From a virus (lineage: Duplodnaviria > Caudoviricetes): 64,000 nt of DNA. The notes under the pieces were generated by a model. That model was not told where the DNA came from, did not search any database, and was given only the letters and a program-made list of their open reading frames with translations. The stretch lies in the IMG/VR virus record IMGVR_UViG_3300032240_001531, positions 1-64,000 of that record, one strand, 5' to 3'. The position numbers were made by a program, and so were the translations under genes. Position 1 is the stretch's first letter; each line of letters starts with the position of its first letter. Positions 17,235-25,594 of the stretch are shown here, piece after piece.

Positions 17235-18506
17235 ATGGCTACTCTTGCAGACCTTATCTCTAAGGTTCGTACTGAAATTAACGACCAAGCTAAACAGTTT
17301 ACTAAAACTTTTACTGGCGATGGCGTTACCAATACTTTTAATTTGGGCGTGCACCCTGTTGATTCCACAACTCTTTTAGTCAAAGACAACAGCACTACTC
17401 TTCTTAACCCTGCTGATTACACAGTAGAAACTGTGTATGGAGTTATTCACACTACTACTGCTCCTGCTTCTGGGCATACATTGACCGTAAGCGGAAATGT
17501 TTATAGATACTTCTCAGATGATGAGATTACAAACTTTGTTAACACTGCTGTTTTACAGCACACAGCGAACCGCACAGACTCCTTTGGAAGCGCTATAACC
17601 ATAGCTACCTTACCGGAGATAGAAGTTTATCCCTTGGTCGTTCTATGCACCGTAGAAGCCCTATTTGCCCTAGCTACGGACGCTTCCTACGATATTAACA
17701 TTAATGCTCCTGATGGCGTATCTATTCCTCGCGGTCAACGTTTTCAGCAAATGAGTTCGCTGATTAATCAGCGTATGGAACACTATAAAAGCATTTGTGC
17801 TGCTCTTAACATTGGCCTATGGCGAATTGAGATAGGAACCCTACGTCGCGTGAGCCGTACTACTAATAAGCTTGTTCCAGTATATATGCCGCAGGAAGTA
17901 GATGATTCAAGAGCACCTGAGCGCGTCTATATGCAGAATGACCTTAATGGTAGAACTGTTATAGCATCTACTGCTACTACTCTTGATTTGCAGGCATATC
18001 AAGGCGATACCTTTACTAAGACTATTACTCTTCCAAACACTGTCACTATGACTAGCTCTGCGGGAGTTACAGCTAACGTAGCGGCTAATACTAATATCAC
18101 TATTCCAACTAACTCTTCTATTACAGTTGGCATGAATGTTTCAGCAACTGGCGGAACAATTACTACATTCCCTACGGGAGTGACTGTTACTAAAGTGGTT
18201 AACTCTACGACTATCTGGCTAAGCGCTGCCATAAATATTTCTGGAACTAAGCTTAATTACATTGACCAAACACTCGCTTCTCAGATTAGGACTTACCCAA
18301 ACTCACCTACGTTATGGGCAACCTTTACTATTGCTATCGTAGACGCGGCTGCAAGAACTGTAAGCCTGTCTTTGGCTGGTTCAGTTACTACAACTCTTCC
18401 AGTTCGTACGTTTTGGGATATTCAAGGAACTTCAACTTCTACAAGTGCTGTTACTACGTATTTTAAAGGCCAGGTCTTTACCGACCAGCAGGCTACGATT
18501 GTATAG
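17235..18506 (+). CDS. Head-tail adaptor-like protein with added domains
   Basis: MATLADLISKVR...YFSDDEI core; C-terminal QGDTF...WDIQ Ig/BppU-like domain carrying an inserted beta module. Confidence 0.6.
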   Translation: MATLADLISKVRTEINDQAKQFTKTFTGDGVTNTFNLGVHPVDSTTLLVKDNSTTLLNPADYTVETVYGVIHTTTAPASGHTLTVSGNVYRYFSDDEITNFVNTAVLQHTANRTDSFGSAITIATLPEIEVYPLVVLCTVEALFALATDASYDININAPDGVSIPRGQRFQQMSSLINQRMEHYKSICAALNIGLWRIEIGTLRRVSRTTNKLVPVYMPQEVDDSRAPERVYMQNDLNGRTVIASTATTLDLQAYQGDTFTKTITLPNTVTMTSSAGVTANVAANTNITIPTNSSITVGMNVSATGGTITTFPTGVTVTKVVNSTTIWLSAAINISGTKLNYIDQTLASQIRTYPNSPTLWATFTIAIVDAAARTVSLSLAGSVTTTLPVRTFWDIQGTSTSTSAVTTYFKGQVFTDQQATIV

Positions 18507-18581
18507 TTCAGGCTCAATTAACTTGGCTTTTGCCGTAAAATTAAACAAGGTTCACGCTTTAACCGATAATTTAGGAATAAA

Positions 18582-21464
18582 ATGACCGTAAATAACCCTC
18601 AGTTAGACCCTACCAATAAGCTACGCGTTACGCAGCCACAGGCGCTTATTGATACCGACTTCGAGTATGGTACTCAGGTATCTAAGTGGGAGAACTTAGC
18701 TTTAACTAATAACCGCCCATACGCATACCCAAGCGCCCCTATTACAATTACTGAAGTTAAAGTTGACCCAAGCTCTACTGATAAAACTTTAGTAACAGTT
18801 TCTAGTTCTACGACAGTAGCTGTAAACTCAATTATTATTGTGACTGATACACTTTTGCCAGCTGCTAATGGTACTTTCACAGTAACTGCTAGCTCAGCAG
18901 GTACATCATTTTCTTACAAGATGAAGACTGCAAGCGCAACTAGCAACTACTCTATCTATGATGCTAATAAAACTGCTGTTTCAACAGCAACTTTGTACAC
19001 AGGCGCTCAAATCGGTACAGACCTTACACAAGCGGCTTTTTCTACAACTGGTTCTGACGGGTCTTCAAAGATTACTGTAACTACTTCACACCCTCACGGT
19101 CTTTCTATTGGTAATGAGATTGCAGTTACTGCTACTGGAGCAACGGCAGGACTTACAGGTTCTTTTGTAGTTTCTCAAGTAATTAACGCTACCCAATTTA
19201 ATTATTTTGCCCGTGTTCAGGTAGCCTCTGTGGGTACGTTTAGCGATGGCCGTATTTATGTTCGTCCACAGGCACAGTTCTTACACCGCCCTGCTGATGG
19301 TGGAGTTATTTTTACAAGTAATGGTCAGTCTTCTTGGCAGTCTGCTGCTCGTCAGACTCGTCGTTATTTCCGATACCAGTCGGGTAAAGGTATTCAGATT
19401 TCATCTGGTACTATTCTTAAACCTAACTTCCAGGCCGATTCTTTAAAATATGTTCAGTCAACTGGGCTAATTACAGTTACTACAAAAGATCAACACAACT
19501 TGCAGACTGTACCACCAGACGCTACTGTCACAATTTACGGCGCTAATGAAGCAGGTTTTAATGGCACTTTCCAAATTACCAGCGTTACTTCAGCTAGCAC
19601 TTTTACAATAACTCCAGCTGTTGGAACATTTACTGCTGATACTACTGCTTCAGGAAACTTCTACGTTTCTACATCAGGTTGGTGGGGAGCTAAAAACCGC
19701 CTGGGTATATTTGACCAGCAGAACGGTCTTTTCTTTGAATTTGACGGTCAAACTCTTTATGTTGTTCGCCGTAGCTCTACTTATCAGATTGCTGGTCGTG
19801 TAAACGTTACCAATGGTAGCACTACTGTTAGCGCAACCACTGTAGTTAATAACGCGTTCAATGAAACGCTGTTTTCTAAGCAATTAACCCCAGGTGACTT
19901 TATTGTTATTAAAGGCCAATCATATCGTGTTGAAGGAATTACAGACGATAAGAACATGGTTATTTCTCCGGCATACCGTGGCACAACTGCTACTGCTGTT
20001 ATGGTTTCAAAAACTGTTGATGTACGCGTACCTCAGTCACAGTGGAACTTGGACAGAATGGATGGAACTGGCTCCAATGGAACTAACGGAAGTAGCCCAA
20101 CTGCTCCTTCTGGCTACACACTTGACCTTACAAAAATGCAAATGTTCTACATTGATTACTCATGGTATGGTGCAGGATTTATTCGTTGGGGACTTCGCGG
20201 CACCGATGGTGACGTGACCTATGTACACAAAATGGCTAATAATAACGTAAATGCTGAAGCATATATGCGTTCTGGTAACTTGCCTGGTCGTTATGAAAGC
20301 GCCACTATTCCGCCAGTAACTACTGCTACAACTAACATTGTTTCTACCGATACTGTGATTAACGTAGCCGATACTAGTTTATTCCCATCATCAGGTGTTC
20401 TAGCAATTAAGCAGTATACAAGCGCTACGGCTGCAAAAATTGAACACGTTTACTACTCAAGTAAAACCGCTACTTCTTTCAACATCCCGGTTTACAACGC
20501 TACTGCGGGTACTCCACTAGGTCGTGCTGGTTCAGGAGCTACTTTAACCACAACTACTTTTGGTTCTGGAGCAACTGCTAACCGTATTACAGTTCCTACC
20601 GCTAACTTGGCTAACGTTCAAATTGGTATGCGCTTAACTTCGGCAGGAACTCCTAGCGGTGGTACTGCAAACGTATTTAATGAATATACTTACATTACTG
20701 GCTTAGATACTGTTAATGGCTATATCTATACAAGCCAAACTCCATTGGTAACTACTTCTAATACTGTAGTAACAGCTATTCCTATGAGTGCAACTACTCC
20801 GCAGGCGTTTACTTACGCGTCTACTCAGCCTATTGCTATAGAATTGGCTTACCCTACTTTGGCTCCTACAATTAGCCACTGGGGTACTTCAGTGATTATG
20901 GATGGCCGTTTTGATGATGACAAGTCTTTGCTATTTACTTATGGTCAAATTACAAAAACAACAATTGCCGCCAACGCAACAAATGCGCTTATGTCAATTC
21001 GTGTTGCCCCTTCTGTAGATAACGGTACTGTTGGTGCTTTTGGTTCTAGAGAGCTATTAAACCGTATGCAGTTGGTTCTTCGTGCTCTAGATATTTCACT
21101 ACTGACTACCGCTAGTAACATTCTAGTAACAGCTGTTCTTAATGGTGTTCCGGGCTCTGCTGTAGCATGGAATGCAATTGGTACAGGTACGTCAAGTTTG
21201 GCGCAAATTGCTGATTACGCAGGAACTACAGTTACAGTTACTGGTGGTGAAACTACTGGTGGATTCTTCGTATCAACTACTGGTAGCGTAGACCTATCAC
21301 TAGTCCGTGACCTTGGTAACTCCATGCTTGGTGGTGGAAGCGCAAACTCAAATTCTGGTATTTATCCGGATGGTCCAGATACGTTAACTATTTTGGTTAA
21401 AAACCTTGGTGGTGCAAACGTTGACGTAGTAGGCCGTCTATCTTGGACTGAAGCTCAGGCGTAA
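18582..21464 (+). CDS. Large virion structural protein (fibre or decoration)
   Basis: 960 aa; IDTDFEYG, RYFRYQSGKG and YSWYGAG lectin-like core interleaved with T/S-rich modules. Confidence 0.65.
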   Translation: MTVNNPQLDPTNKLRVTQPQALIDTDFEYGTQVSKWENLALTNNRPYAYPSAPITITEVKVDPSSTDKTLVTVSSSTTVAVNSIIIVTDTLLPAANGTFTVTASSAGTSFSYKMKTASATSNYSIYDANKTAVSTATLYTGAQIGTDLTQAAFSTTGSDGSSKITVTTSHPHGLSIGNEIAVTATGATAGLTGSFVVSQVINATQFNYFARVQVASVGTFSDGRIYVRPQAQFLHRPADGGVIFTSNGQSSWQSAARQTRRYFRYQSGKGIQISSGTILKPNFQADSLKYVQSTGLITVTTKDQHNLQTVPPDATVTIYGANEAGFNGTFQITSVTSASTFTITPAVGTFTADTTASGNFYVSTSGWWGAKNRLGIFDQQNGLFFEFDGQTLYVVRRSSTYQIAGRVNVTNGSTTVSATTVVNNAFNETLFSKQLTPGDFIVIKGQSYRVEGITDDKNMVISPAYRGTTATAVMVSKTVDVRVPQSQWNLDRMDGTGSNGTNGSSPTAPSGYTLDLTKMQMFYIDYSWYGAGFIRWGLRGTDGDVTYVHKMANNNVNAEAYMRSGNLPGRYESATIPPVTTATTNIVSTDTVINVADTSLFPSSGVLAIKQYTSATAAKIEHVYYSSKTATSFNIPVYNATAGTPLGRAGSGATLTTTTFGSGATANRITVPTANLANVQIGMRLTSAGTPSGGTANVFNEYTYITGLDTVNGYIYTSQTPLVTTSNTVVTAIPMSATTPQAFTYASTQPIAIELAYPTLAPTISHWGTSVIMDGRFDDDKSLLFTYGQITKTTIAANATNALMSIRVAPSVDNGTVGAFGSRELLNRMQLVLRALDISLLTTASNILVTAVLNGVPGSAVAWNAIGTGTSSLAQIADYAGTTVTVTGGETTGGFFVSTTGSVDLSLVRDLGNSMLGGGSANSNSGIYPDGPDTLTILVKNLGGANVDVVGRLSWTEAQA

Positions 21465-21467
21465 TAT

Positions 21468-22001
21468 ATGAGAGCCTACACACCAGGTGGTAGGTTTGAT
21501 TCTGATTTTGAATCAGACCAGATTAGCGAAGGCATCACAGCTGACCTCACTAACCCAGTAGGAACATCTGCTGAGTGGTGGAAGTTTGATGCCGCCAGTT
21601 CTGTCAAAGATACCATTTATGATGTTGAACCTATTGGCACTGGTCGTGTTTGGATTGGCCCTAAGACTATTTCTGTAATTAGAGCTAGTCTTACTCAAGG
21701 TTCTTCTTTGCTAAATGAGCGCGGTTTCTACAACGTAGATACTCTACACTTAACCCTAAATGTAGATGATGTTCAGGCAGTAGCCCCAGAAATCTTTACG
21801 AATATTGGCGTTATTACTTCCTCAGTAGACCTCTTGGATAAATACCGCGTTGTCTATAAGGGCGAAGTTTTTAGACCTACTAAAGCTCAGCCAGCAGGTT
21901 TAGTTGCTAACCGATATACTTTAGTAGTCATGGACCTTTCACAACTAGCTCCAGATGAGCTTGTTAATGATTCACAGTTCTTAAGTTACGCCCAACCATA
22001 G
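21468..22001 (+). CDS. Head closure/neck protein
   Basis: Synteny; DKYRVVYKGEVF. Confidence 0.55.
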   Translation: MRAYTPGGRFDSDFESDQISEGITADLTNPVGTSAEWWKFDAASSVKDTIYDVEPIGTGRVWIGPKTISVIRASLTQGSSLLNERGFYNVDTLHLTLNVDDVQAVAPEIFTNIGVITSSVDLLDKYRVVYKGEVFRPTKAQPAGLVANRYTLVVMDLSQLAPDELVNDSQFLSYAQP

Positions 22002-22010
22002 GAGATATAA

Positions 22011-22364
22011 ATGGCTAAAAAAGCAGCCGCAGCGGCACCATCAACACCGGAGTACTCGGATGAGACCCACGACATTGTGCCTATTGTAGACCACGCTAAA
22101 GACAAAGAAAAAGGCACTACCGCTATGCGAGGAGCTCCTCACGTAGATATTGCTAACCACATGGCTGAATTGGCTAAACAAGGTTATAAGACTACTCTTC
22201 GTTATGCCGCTATTCGTAAGCCTGGATACGCAACATCAGAAAAGTCTTCAATACCTAAGACTAGTGGTACTCCAGATGCTGCAAAGCCAGCACCTAAAAA
22301 AACTGCTGCTAAACCAGCCGCTAAGCCAGCTGCAAAGAAGGCAGCACCTAAGAAAGCTAAATAA
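22011..22364 (+). CDS. Lys/Ala/Pro-rich protein with histone-H1-like tail
   Basis: AAKPAAKPAAKKAAPKKAK. Confidence 0.7.
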   Translation: MAKKAAAAAPSTPEYSDETHDIVPIVDHAKDKEKGTTAMRGAPHVDIANHMAELAKQGYKTTLRYAAIRKPGYATSEKSSIPKTSGTPDAAKPAPKKTAAKPAAKPAAKKAAPKKAK

Positions 22365-22495
22365 TGCCTTTTAAGTCTAAAAAACAAGAAAAATGGATGT
22401 TTGCCACTAAGCCGGAAATGGCTAAGCGTTGGGCTAAAGAAACTCCTAACCAAAAATCTTTACCTAAAAAAGTAAACGTAAAGAAGAAGAAATGA
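22364..22495 (+). CDS. Small basic protein (43 aa)
   Basis: MPFKSKKQEKWMFATKPEMAKRWAKET; TAATG-coupled. Confidence 0.7.
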   Translation: MPFKSKKQEKWMFATKPEMAKRWAKETPNQKSLPKKVNVKKKK

Positions 22496-22605
22496 CTATC
22501 GACCTACCTTATTACACCGGAATACTACTTATTGTTGGATTAACTATTGTGTCTGTTGTAGCAATTATTGCTAAGGCAGTTGTTGAAGTAAAGAAGAGGA
22601 AGTAA
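22492..22605 (+). CDS. Small single-TM peptide (37 aa)
   Basis: ATGA and TAATG coupling on both sides; hydrophobic core. Confidence 0.55.
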   Translation: MTIDLPYYTGILLIVGLTIVSVVAIIAKAVVEVKKRK

Positions 22606-22820
22606 TGGCTAAAATAACTGCTTCTGGTAAAGCGCATAAAGTCACTAAAAAGAAAGTTGACAAAGGCGCTGGTAAAAAAGGCGATATTATTGTTGAGCAA
22701 AACAGCAAGACTGGTAAGAAGCAACGTATGAACCTTACTAAACTTGCTGGCTCAAAGACTGTTAAACAAGGCGTAAAAGCCACTAAGAAGTTTCACAAAG
22801 AACACCCGGAGATTAAATAA
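22605..22820 (+). CDS. Small basic protein
   Basis: Lys-rich, coupled. Confidence 0.7.
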   Translation: MAKITASGKAHKVTKKKVDKGAGKKGDIIVEQNSKTGKKQRMNLTKLAGSKTVKQGVKATKKFHKEHPEIK

Positions 22821-22993
22821 TGGCTAAAGAAAAGAAAGTCTGGGAAACACCAGACCCTACTAAAAAAGACAAGAAGCTGTCTTCGTCTAAAAAGTCCGCC
22901 GCTAAAGCCCGTGCTAAGGCTGCTGGTAGACCTTACCCTAATCTTGTAGACAATATGGCAGCTGCTAAAAAGAAGAAGAAGAAAAATGGCTAG
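22820..22993 (+). CDS. Small basic protein (AKAAGRPYPNLVDNM)
   Basis: TAATG-coupled, Lys-rich. Confidence 0.7.
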   Translation: MAKEKKVWETPDPTKKDKKLSSSKKSAAKARAKAAGRPYPNLVDNMAAAKKKKKKNG

Positions 22994-23318
22994 TGAAGCA
23001 TGGCAAAAAAAGTCTGGTAAAAACGCAAAAGGTGGCCTTAATGAAAAGGGCCGTAAATCCTATGAAAGAGCTAATCCTGGTTCTAACCTAAAAGCACCTG
23101 TAAAGTCTGGAGATAACCCGCGTAGGGCCTCTTTCTTGGCTCGTATGGCTGGTAACCCAGGTCCTGAACGTAAGCCTAATGGCGAGCCTACAAGGCTTCT
23201 ATTATCGTTGCAAGCTTGGGGTGCTTCTTCTAAAGCTGACGCTAGAAAAAAAGCTGCGGCTATGTCTAAGCGCCTAGAAGGCAAAAAGAATGTTTCCAAA
23301 AAAACAAAATCTAAATAA
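22986..23318 (+). CDS. Basic protein (GGLNxKGR...RRASFLARM phage family)
   Basis: Motif recognised as a widespread phage hypothetical family. Confidence 0.75.
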   Translation: MASEAWQKKSGKNAKGGLNEKGRKSYERANPGSNLKAPVKSGDNPRRASFLARMAGNPGPERKPNGEPTRLLLSLQAWGASSKADARKKAAAMSKRLEGKKNVSKKTKSK

Positions 23319-23469
23319 GGCCGCTAAGGTAATGCGTAATATTGCTTCGGCTGAGCTGCATGAAAGTATGGGCAAATTTAAAACCGGTGGGCATAAAAAC
23401 CCTGCTACTAAAAGAGCTAGAACAAGATCGGCGGCTAAGAATAAAGCTGTTGAAGATTTTAAGGAGTAA
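23290..23469 (+). CDS. Small basic protein
   Basis: 59-aa ORF containing GGHKNPATKRARTRSAAK. Confidence 0.55.
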   Translation: MFPKKQNLNKAAKVMRNIASAELHESMGKFKTGGHKNPATKRARTRSAAKNKAVEDFKE

Positions 23470-23526
23470 GACCAATAATGCCAGAGTGTAAATGTAATAA
23501 TTGTAACTGTCGAAAGGACCAGCCTA

Positions 23527-23757
23527 ATGGCTAAATCAAAAACTTGTAGTTGTGGTAAATGCTCTGCGTGTAAGGCAAAGAAGAAGCCTGCATTGGGACA
23601 AGGTGGCCGTTTCAAAGCCATTGAAAAAAAAGCTGCTGCTTCTGGCGCAAAGAACCCTGCTGCGGTCGCCGCTGCTGCTGGTATTAAGAAGTATGGCGAA
23701 AAAAAGATGGTGAAGCTTGAACAAAAAGGCAAGCGCGACGCTAAGAAAGGCAAATAA
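23527..23757 (+). CDS. Small basic protein with CxCxxCxxC
   Basis: CSCGKCSAC then LGQGGRF..AAAAGIKKYG. Confidence 0.7.
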   Translation: MAKSKTCSCGKCSACKAKKKPALGQGGRFKAIEKKAAASGAKNPAAVAAAAGIKKYGEKKMVKLEQKGKRDAKKGK

Positions 23758-23759
23758 CC

Positions 23760-23999
23760 ATGGCAATGCACGCTAAAAAGAACGCAGCAAACAAGGGCAA
23801 GAACCCTTGGACCGGCTCAAAAGCTGATGAAAAAGCTGATAAGAAAGAAATGCAGGGCATGAGCCCTAAACAGAAAGCTGCTTTTAAGAAGGGTGACAAG
23901 AAGATGGATGCAAAGATGCCATCTAAGAAGGCCGACATGAAGATGGACGCTGCTCTAGCCAAGAAGGTTAAGAAAACCGTTCCAGGAAAGAAGAAGTAA
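23760..23999 (+). CDS. Lys/Asp/Met-rich small protein
   Basis: KADxKxD repeats. Confidence 0.7.
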   Translation: MAMHAKKNAANKGKNPWTGSKADEKADKKEMQGMSPKQKAAFKKGDKKMDAKMPSKKADMKMDAALAKKVKKTVPGKKK

Positions 24000-24359
24000 A
24001 TGGCTGCAAATCCAAAGCCAACCCGTAAGAAAGCGGCAGTTACTACTAGGTCCGCTAGAACTCCTGACGGTAAAAAAGTTACCTATCAGACTAGTAAAAC
24101 ACAGAAAACACCTGTTACTGGTCGAGGCGGGGGACCTGTACTAGATAAAGCAGGAAAGGGCAAAATGAGTATTGCTAAAGTTACTGGGAACTATGGTGAG
24201 GAACTGTTTTCTCTAAAAGGGGTAAAGACAAACTCTCAGATGAAGAAGGCTGTTAAGTCGGGTCAACTTCCTACAAGTGTGGCGGGCGAAGGCAAGGCAA
24301 AAGCACCTGCGGCTAAGTACGGAAAAGAAGGCCCTTCTTTTAAGAAAAAGAAGCCGTAA
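24000..24359 (+). CDS. Basic protein
   Basis: Lys-rich; last gene before terminator. Confidence 0.7.
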   Translation: MAANPKPTRKKAAVTTRSARTPDGKKVTYQTSKTQKTPVTGRGGGPVLDKAGKGKMSIAKVTGNYGEELFSLKGVKTNSQMKKAVKSGQLPTSVAGEGKAKAPAAKYGKEGPSFKKKKP

Positions 24360-24372
24360 TAATTAAAAGTTT

Positions 24373-24399
24373 AGCCCCCTAACTGGGGGCTTTTCTTTT
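24373..24399 (+). terminator. Intrinsic terminator
   Basis: AGCCCCC-TAACT-GGGGGCTTTTCTTTT. Confidence 0.85.
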
Positions 24400-24471
24400 A
24401 TCCTAATAGTAGCCCTATGCGGGGGCTGATTTAAATTTGCGTTGTATATTGCTACTCCATTGGAGACTAAC

Positions 24472-24618
24472 ATGTCATCTATTGACAAGGACCCTAAGTC
24501 TAAGGTATCTAAGCCTTCAGACAAAAAGTTCTTTTTAGGCTTTTTGGATGGCTTTCCAGACGACAAAAAATTATTGATTGCGCTTATTTTAAATAAATCG
24601 ATGCGGCGTAAAAAATGA
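24472..24618 (+). CDS. Small hypothetical protein
   Basis: GGAG RBS; ATGA overlap with next gene. Confidence 0.55.
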   Translation: MSSIDKDPKSKVSKPSDKKFFLGFLDGFPDDKKLLIALILNKSMRRKK

Positions 24619-24941
24619 GCGTAGAATTTGTAGCGTATTCTAAAAAGGCTTTTACGGGAATAAACAAAGACCTTACTAAGTTATTAAAGATAGACGCTGA
24701 AAACGCAGAGTGGCCAAGAAACATATCTTCTCAACTTAAAGTTGAAATAAAAGATTTAAAAATCATTGTTTATTATCCTGAACGATATACCCAGCAAATT
24801 GATGACTTAGAGTATGGCGACGGTATTGAGAGCCCTAAGCCTATATTTAGAAGATTTGTTACTAAAAACATGAACTTCATTGCTAAGGACTTAGCTGGTT
24901 CATCCCTAGACTATTTAACTGAACAGGGGATAATTCCGTGA
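24615..24941 (+). CDS. Neck/tail-completion protein (HK97 gp10-like)
   Basis: LEYGD...PKPIFRRF resembles the EYGT...P.P motif. Confidence 0.6.
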   Translation: MSVEFVAYSKKAFTGINKDLTKLLKIDAENAEWPRNISSQLKVEIKDLKIIVYYPERYTQQIDDLEYGDGIESPKPIFRRFVTKNMNFIAKDLAGSSLDYLTEQGIIP

Positions 24942-25555
24942 GTTTTATCCTAAGTGAAGATTTAGCTCTTAAAACCCTGCTTACTGGGATTGTAGTAGCG
25001 GATGACAAAAATGCTACCCGTTCAGTTGGCGTATGGTTTTCTAACCCAGATTTAGAGTCTAGAGCCCAAAGTTACCCTTATATTACTATTGAGTTATTAG
25101 ACTTTGACCCAGCCACTTACCGCCAGCACTCTGGGGTATTTCAAGATAATGACTTACAGGGCACAATTGCTCCTAGCGGTAATATTGTTTATAGCTATGA
25201 AATTCCTGTGGCTTGGGATTTAATGTACCAGATTACTACTTATTCCCGCCATCCTAGGCATGATAGGGCTATTATTGCCTATCTGTTAAATAAGGTTTTT
25301 ATATCAAAACGCGGCTATTTAGCGGTTCCTAATGACTTAGCGACCGAGACATCTTATAGGCATTTGATATTAGAAGAGTTCACAAAACGTGATACCATTG
25401 AAGATAACCGCCGGTTATACCGAAATGTATTCACCGTGACCGTGAGTAGCGAAGGAACCGCAGCTACATACACAACAGTTACAAATACAGTATCCACTGT
25501 AAATATAAATAAATCAACAACAGCCGACATCCCATCTGGACAACAACCCGTTTAA
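24938..25555 (+). CDS. Tail terminator protein
   Basis: YPYITI, P..WDLMYQIT; directly before sheath. Confidence 0.65.
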   Translation: MSFILSEDLALKTLLTGIVVADDKNATRSVGVWFSNPDLESRAQSYPYITIELLDFDPATYRQHSGVFQDNDLQGTIAPSGNIVYSYEIPVAWDLMYQITTYSRHPRHDRAIIAYLLNKVFISKRGYLAVPNDLATETSYRHLILEEFTKRDTIEDNRRLYRNVFTVTVSSEGTAATYTTVTNTVSTVNINKSTTADIPSGQQPV

Positions 25556-25594
25556 TATTTGTTTACCCTCAACTAACCTCAAGGAGAAAATCTT

